Assembly (NCBI GenBank): GCA_030141605.1
Contig: JAQGDQ010000608.1
Span: forward strand, 62,001 to 126,000
From: Tubiluchus corallicola
Taxonomy: Eukaryota; Animalia; Priapulida
Direction: 5' to 3'
DNA: 64,000 nucleotides
A program made the translations under genes and the position numbers. This document shows positions 63,101 to 64,000 of this stretch, in pieces (within the stretch, counting starts at the first letter, position 1; each line of letters starts with the position of its first letter). Below the pieces are notes generated by a model, which was not told where the DNA came from, did no database searches, and saw nothing but the letters and a program-made list of their open reading frames with translations.

Positions 63101-63269
63101 CATTTTAATTATTATTATTATTACTATTATTATTATTATTATTATTACTAATATTATTATTATTATCATCATCATCATCATTATTATTATTACTATTATT
63201 ATTATTATTATTATTACTAATATTATTATTATTATCATCATCATCATTATTATTATTATTACTATTATT

Positions 63270-63305
<36 letters not shown>

Positions 63306-63590
63306 ACGAATTTGTTGTTTGAGAATAAAAAGCTGGGTTTGCTTTTTGACTGTCAGTGTAGCAGCATCTTTTTGAGTTTAGATTTTATTCCAGTTCGTTG
63401 TGCGATGACCATGTCCAAAATGAACAGTGCAAAAATGGACATTGTTCTAACGTAAAAAACTTATCGTTTCTAGGAAGAGATGGAAACGCTTCAAGAAGAA
63501 CTGCTTTACACTAGTCAGCTAGCGGAAGAATCAAGCAAGCTTTTAAATATGGAAAGAGAAAAGACTGGGGAATTAGAAGCACAGATTGAG
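33031..63590 (+). CDS. KIF15: Kinesin-like protein KIF15 (kinesin-12, Xklp2-like); spliced, continues beyond window end
   Basis: Phase-consistent GT-AG exons give motor motifs [102 protein letters not shown]15-type neck and stalk follow ([51 protein letters not shown]). Start exon is uncertain. Confidence 0.93.
33900..34330 (-). mobile_element. Degenerate non-LTR retrotransposon fragment
   Basis: [13 protein letters not shown] resembles the post-RT motif P.L.Y..E.W of LINEs; heavily decayed. Confidence 0.35.
34533..34584 (+). CDS. KIF15: KIF15 exon 2 (probable)
   Basis: Long polypyrimidine tract + AG; [16 protein letters not shown]; phase-2 donor AG|GTAAAG matches the next exon. Confidence 0.65.
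35234..35411 (+). CDS. KIF15: KIF15 exon
   Basis: [33 protein letters not shown]. Confidence 0.93.
36389..37020 (+). repeat. 30-bp minisatellite, 21 copies, containing a KIF15 splice acceptor
   Basis: unit AACGTAGTTGTAATTCTAG|GAAGCCGTGTT. Confidence 0.97.
37010..37086 (+). CDS. KIF15: KIF15 exon
   Basis: [26 protein letters not shown]. Confidence 0.93.
37262..37379. mobile_element. 118-bp MITE inside (TA)n
   Basis: 20-bp perfect inverted repeat ATCAAGGACTACTATACAAC flanked by TA runs. Confidence 0.65.
37520..37658 (+). CDS. KIF15: KIF15 exon (P-loop)
   Basis: [26 protein letters not shown]. Confidence 0.95.
38465..38716 (-). mobile_element. tRNA-derived SINE copy
   Basis: Inverted homologue of 3217-3480 with small deletions. 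Confidence 0.85.
39900..40079 (+). CDS. KIF15: KIF15 exon
   Basis: [29 protein letters not shown]. Confidence 0.94.
40099..40354 (+). repeat. 21-bp minisatellite, about 12 copies, next to a KIF15 donor
   Basis: unit CTAAGTCCTCGCTTAACGACG. Confidence 0.95.
41490..41944. mobile_element. Tc1/mariner (Tc2/pogo-like) MITE
   Basis: 27-bp perfect TIR CCGTATTTTCCCGTGTATAAGAGACCC, TA TSD. Confidence 0.85.
42763..42864 (+). CDS. KIF15: KIF15 exon (switch I)
   Basis: [34 protein letters not shown]. Confidence 0.95.
42991..43098 (+). CDS. KIF15: KIF15 exon (switch II)
   Basis: [36 protein letters not shown]. Confidence 0.95.
43187..43360. repeat. (AATAT)n microsatellite
   Basis: direct reading. Confidence 0.95.
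43460..43585 (+). CDS. KIF15: KIF15 exon
   Basis: [34 protein letters not shown]. Confidence 0.95.
44617..45025 (+). mobile_element. hAT MITE family A nested in a Kolobok-like MITE
   Basis: TSD TCTTACTT/TCTTACGT. Confidence 0.85.
45464..46048 (-). mobile_element. Internally deleted non-autonomous RTE-clade LINE (5' UTR fused to ORF 3' end)
   Basis: ORF remnant [51 protein letters not shown]; (GAA)n tail; degenerate 14-bp TSD GTACTTTAAGATGG / GTAGTTTAAAATGG. Confidence 0.88.
45970..46048 (-). ncRNA. Twister ribozyme (post-cleavage form, lacking the P1 5' strand)
   Basis: AA-CCUA-GC-CACU..AGUG-CCGG-UCCCAAGC-CCGG-AUAAA-UAGG-GAGGG: P2 CCUA/UAGG, P3 CACU/AGUG, P4 CCGG/CCGG; core matches the twister consensus as recalled. 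Confidence 0.8.
46225..46283 (+). CDS. KIF15: KIF15 exon
   Basis: [19 protein letters not shown]. Confidence 0.94.
46281..46432 (+). repeat. 83-bp-period duplication of a KIF15 donor
   Basis: CAG|GTATGTCG.. at 46281 and 46364. Confidence 0.92.
47173..47360 (+). CDS. KIF15: KIF15 exon (motor end and neck)
   Basis: [33 protein letters not shown]. Confidence 0.93.
47753..49468. repeat. 30-bp minisatellite interrupted by A/C-only tracts
   Basis: unit TCATTAGCACTAAATAGTAATACGACCATA. Confidence 0.95.
49605..49717 (+). CDS. KIF15: KIF15 exon (alternative in-frame acceptor at 49593)
   Basis: [37 protein letters not shown]; phases fit neighbours. Confidence 0.82.
50845..51003 (+). CDS. KIF15: KIF15 exon
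   Basis: [43 protein letters not shown]. Confidence 0.9.
52440..52708 (+). mobile_element. tRNA-derived SINE copy
   Basis: Homologue of 3217-3480. Confidence 0.85.
52941..53151 (+). CDS. KIF15: KIF15 exon
   Basis: [38 protein letters not shown]. Confidence 0.9.
53147..53748 (+). repeat. 23-bp minisatellite, about 26 copies, containing a KIF15 donor
   Basis: unit GAACG|GTGAGTTGTTGTCCAGCT. Confidence 0.97.
54205..54750 (-). mobile_element. Non-autonomous RTE-related retroposon, copy 2
   Basis: Inverted homologue of 6070-6506 with (CAA)n tail. Confidence 0.65.
55105..56319. repeat. 602-bp near-identical tandem duplication (intronic)
   Basis: copies start at 55105 and 55707. Confidence 0.93.
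56727..56827 (+). CDS. KIF15: KIF15 exon
   Basis: [33 protein letters not shown]; phases fit. Confidence 0.82.
57118..57297 (+). CDS. KIF15: KIF15 exon
   Basis: [41 protein letters not shown]. Confidence 0.88.
57257..59083 (+). repeat. 44-bp minisatellite, about 41 copies, built from a KIF15 exon end plus donor
   Basis: unit AGTGCTCGACCATGAACACAATCTACCGTAACACGATAAAG|GTA. Confidence 0.97.
59641..59829 (+). CDS. KIF15: KIF15 exon
   Basis: [27 protein letters not shown]. Confidence 0.88.
59930..60037 (+). CDS. KIF15: KIF15 exon
   Basis: [36 protein letters not shown]. Confidence 0.86.
60219..60324 (+). CDS. KIF15: KIF15 exon
   Basis: [35 protein letters not shown]. Confidence 0.83.
60996..61126 (+). 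CDS. KIF15: KIF15 exon
   Basis: [28 protein letters not shown]. Confidence 0.88.
61913..62683. repeat. 69-bp minisatellite, about 11 copies
   Basis: unit CGTATACATGGAAATACTTCTACAAG..CGGATCACACATTA. Confidence 0.96.
62769..62846 (+). CDS. KIF15: KIF15 exon
   Basis: [26 protein letters not shown]. Confidence 0.82.
63108..63306. repeat. (ATT)/(ATC)/(GTT) compound microsatellite
   Basis: direct reading. Confidence 0.93.
63474..63590 (+). CDS. KIF15: KIF15 exon
   Basis: [39 protein letters not shown]. Confidence 0.83.
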
Positions 63591-64000
63591 GTAAAGACGA
63601 TGAATGGTGTTAAGCGAGCTTTCGTTCAACATTATGATTTACTAAGACATTACGTTTATATGTAAAAGAGTCTGCTGTATTTGTTACTGTTTCCATCGAG
63701 TACCCAAGTAATTACCCACATTATTCGAGCCTAATATTTCTACTCAATTTGAACAATGAAAATGCTGACATTATTCAACTTTGTAATATGATACTCATTG
63801 TTAGAGAATTTAAAATTTAAATGCCACCTTTTGCAGTAAGTGCCTGCCAGCAGAGTAATAACTGTAGCATTGACAAGGTGCCAAGATAACTGCCAGTAGG
63901 GAGATGGCAGATCAAACCATTTTTGCCATAGGGGTGACTTACAATAAAACAAACTATGATTTCTTTACCAAAACTTTAATTATCCAAATGAAATTGTTTA

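Overview
AT-rich, intron-rich animal (invertebrate-type) genomic DNA, not prokaryotic. Two spliced genes point away from each other. The 5' part of an ELMO/CED-12 gene is on the minus strand (7 coding exons, ATG at 12973, running off the window start). A kinesin-12 KIF15 gene is on the plus strand (about 22 exons from ~33 kb, running off the window end). Between them lie a young full-length BEL/Pao LTR retrotransposon (26336-32806) and a 3.4 kb hAT-ended composite insertion (19665-23041). Introns hold tRNA-derived SINEs, several MITE families, non-autonomous RTE derivatives and many minisatellites. Most notable: (1) six tandem arrays or duplications sit exactly on splice junctions and multiply donor/acceptor sites; (2) the BEL element lacks a tRNA PBS but has a PBS-position 10-mer complementary to its likely transcript 5' end (possible self-priming), plus a SAP-like Gag N-terminus; (3) the hAT-ended insertion carries an RFX X-box promoter and an 83-aa MGC/RVxP ORF; (4) a non-autonomous RTE begins at a twister ribozyme cleavage site; (5) A/C-only tracts equal a minisatellite with every G and T removed (probable sequencing artefact). 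All calls were read by eye; no searches were run.
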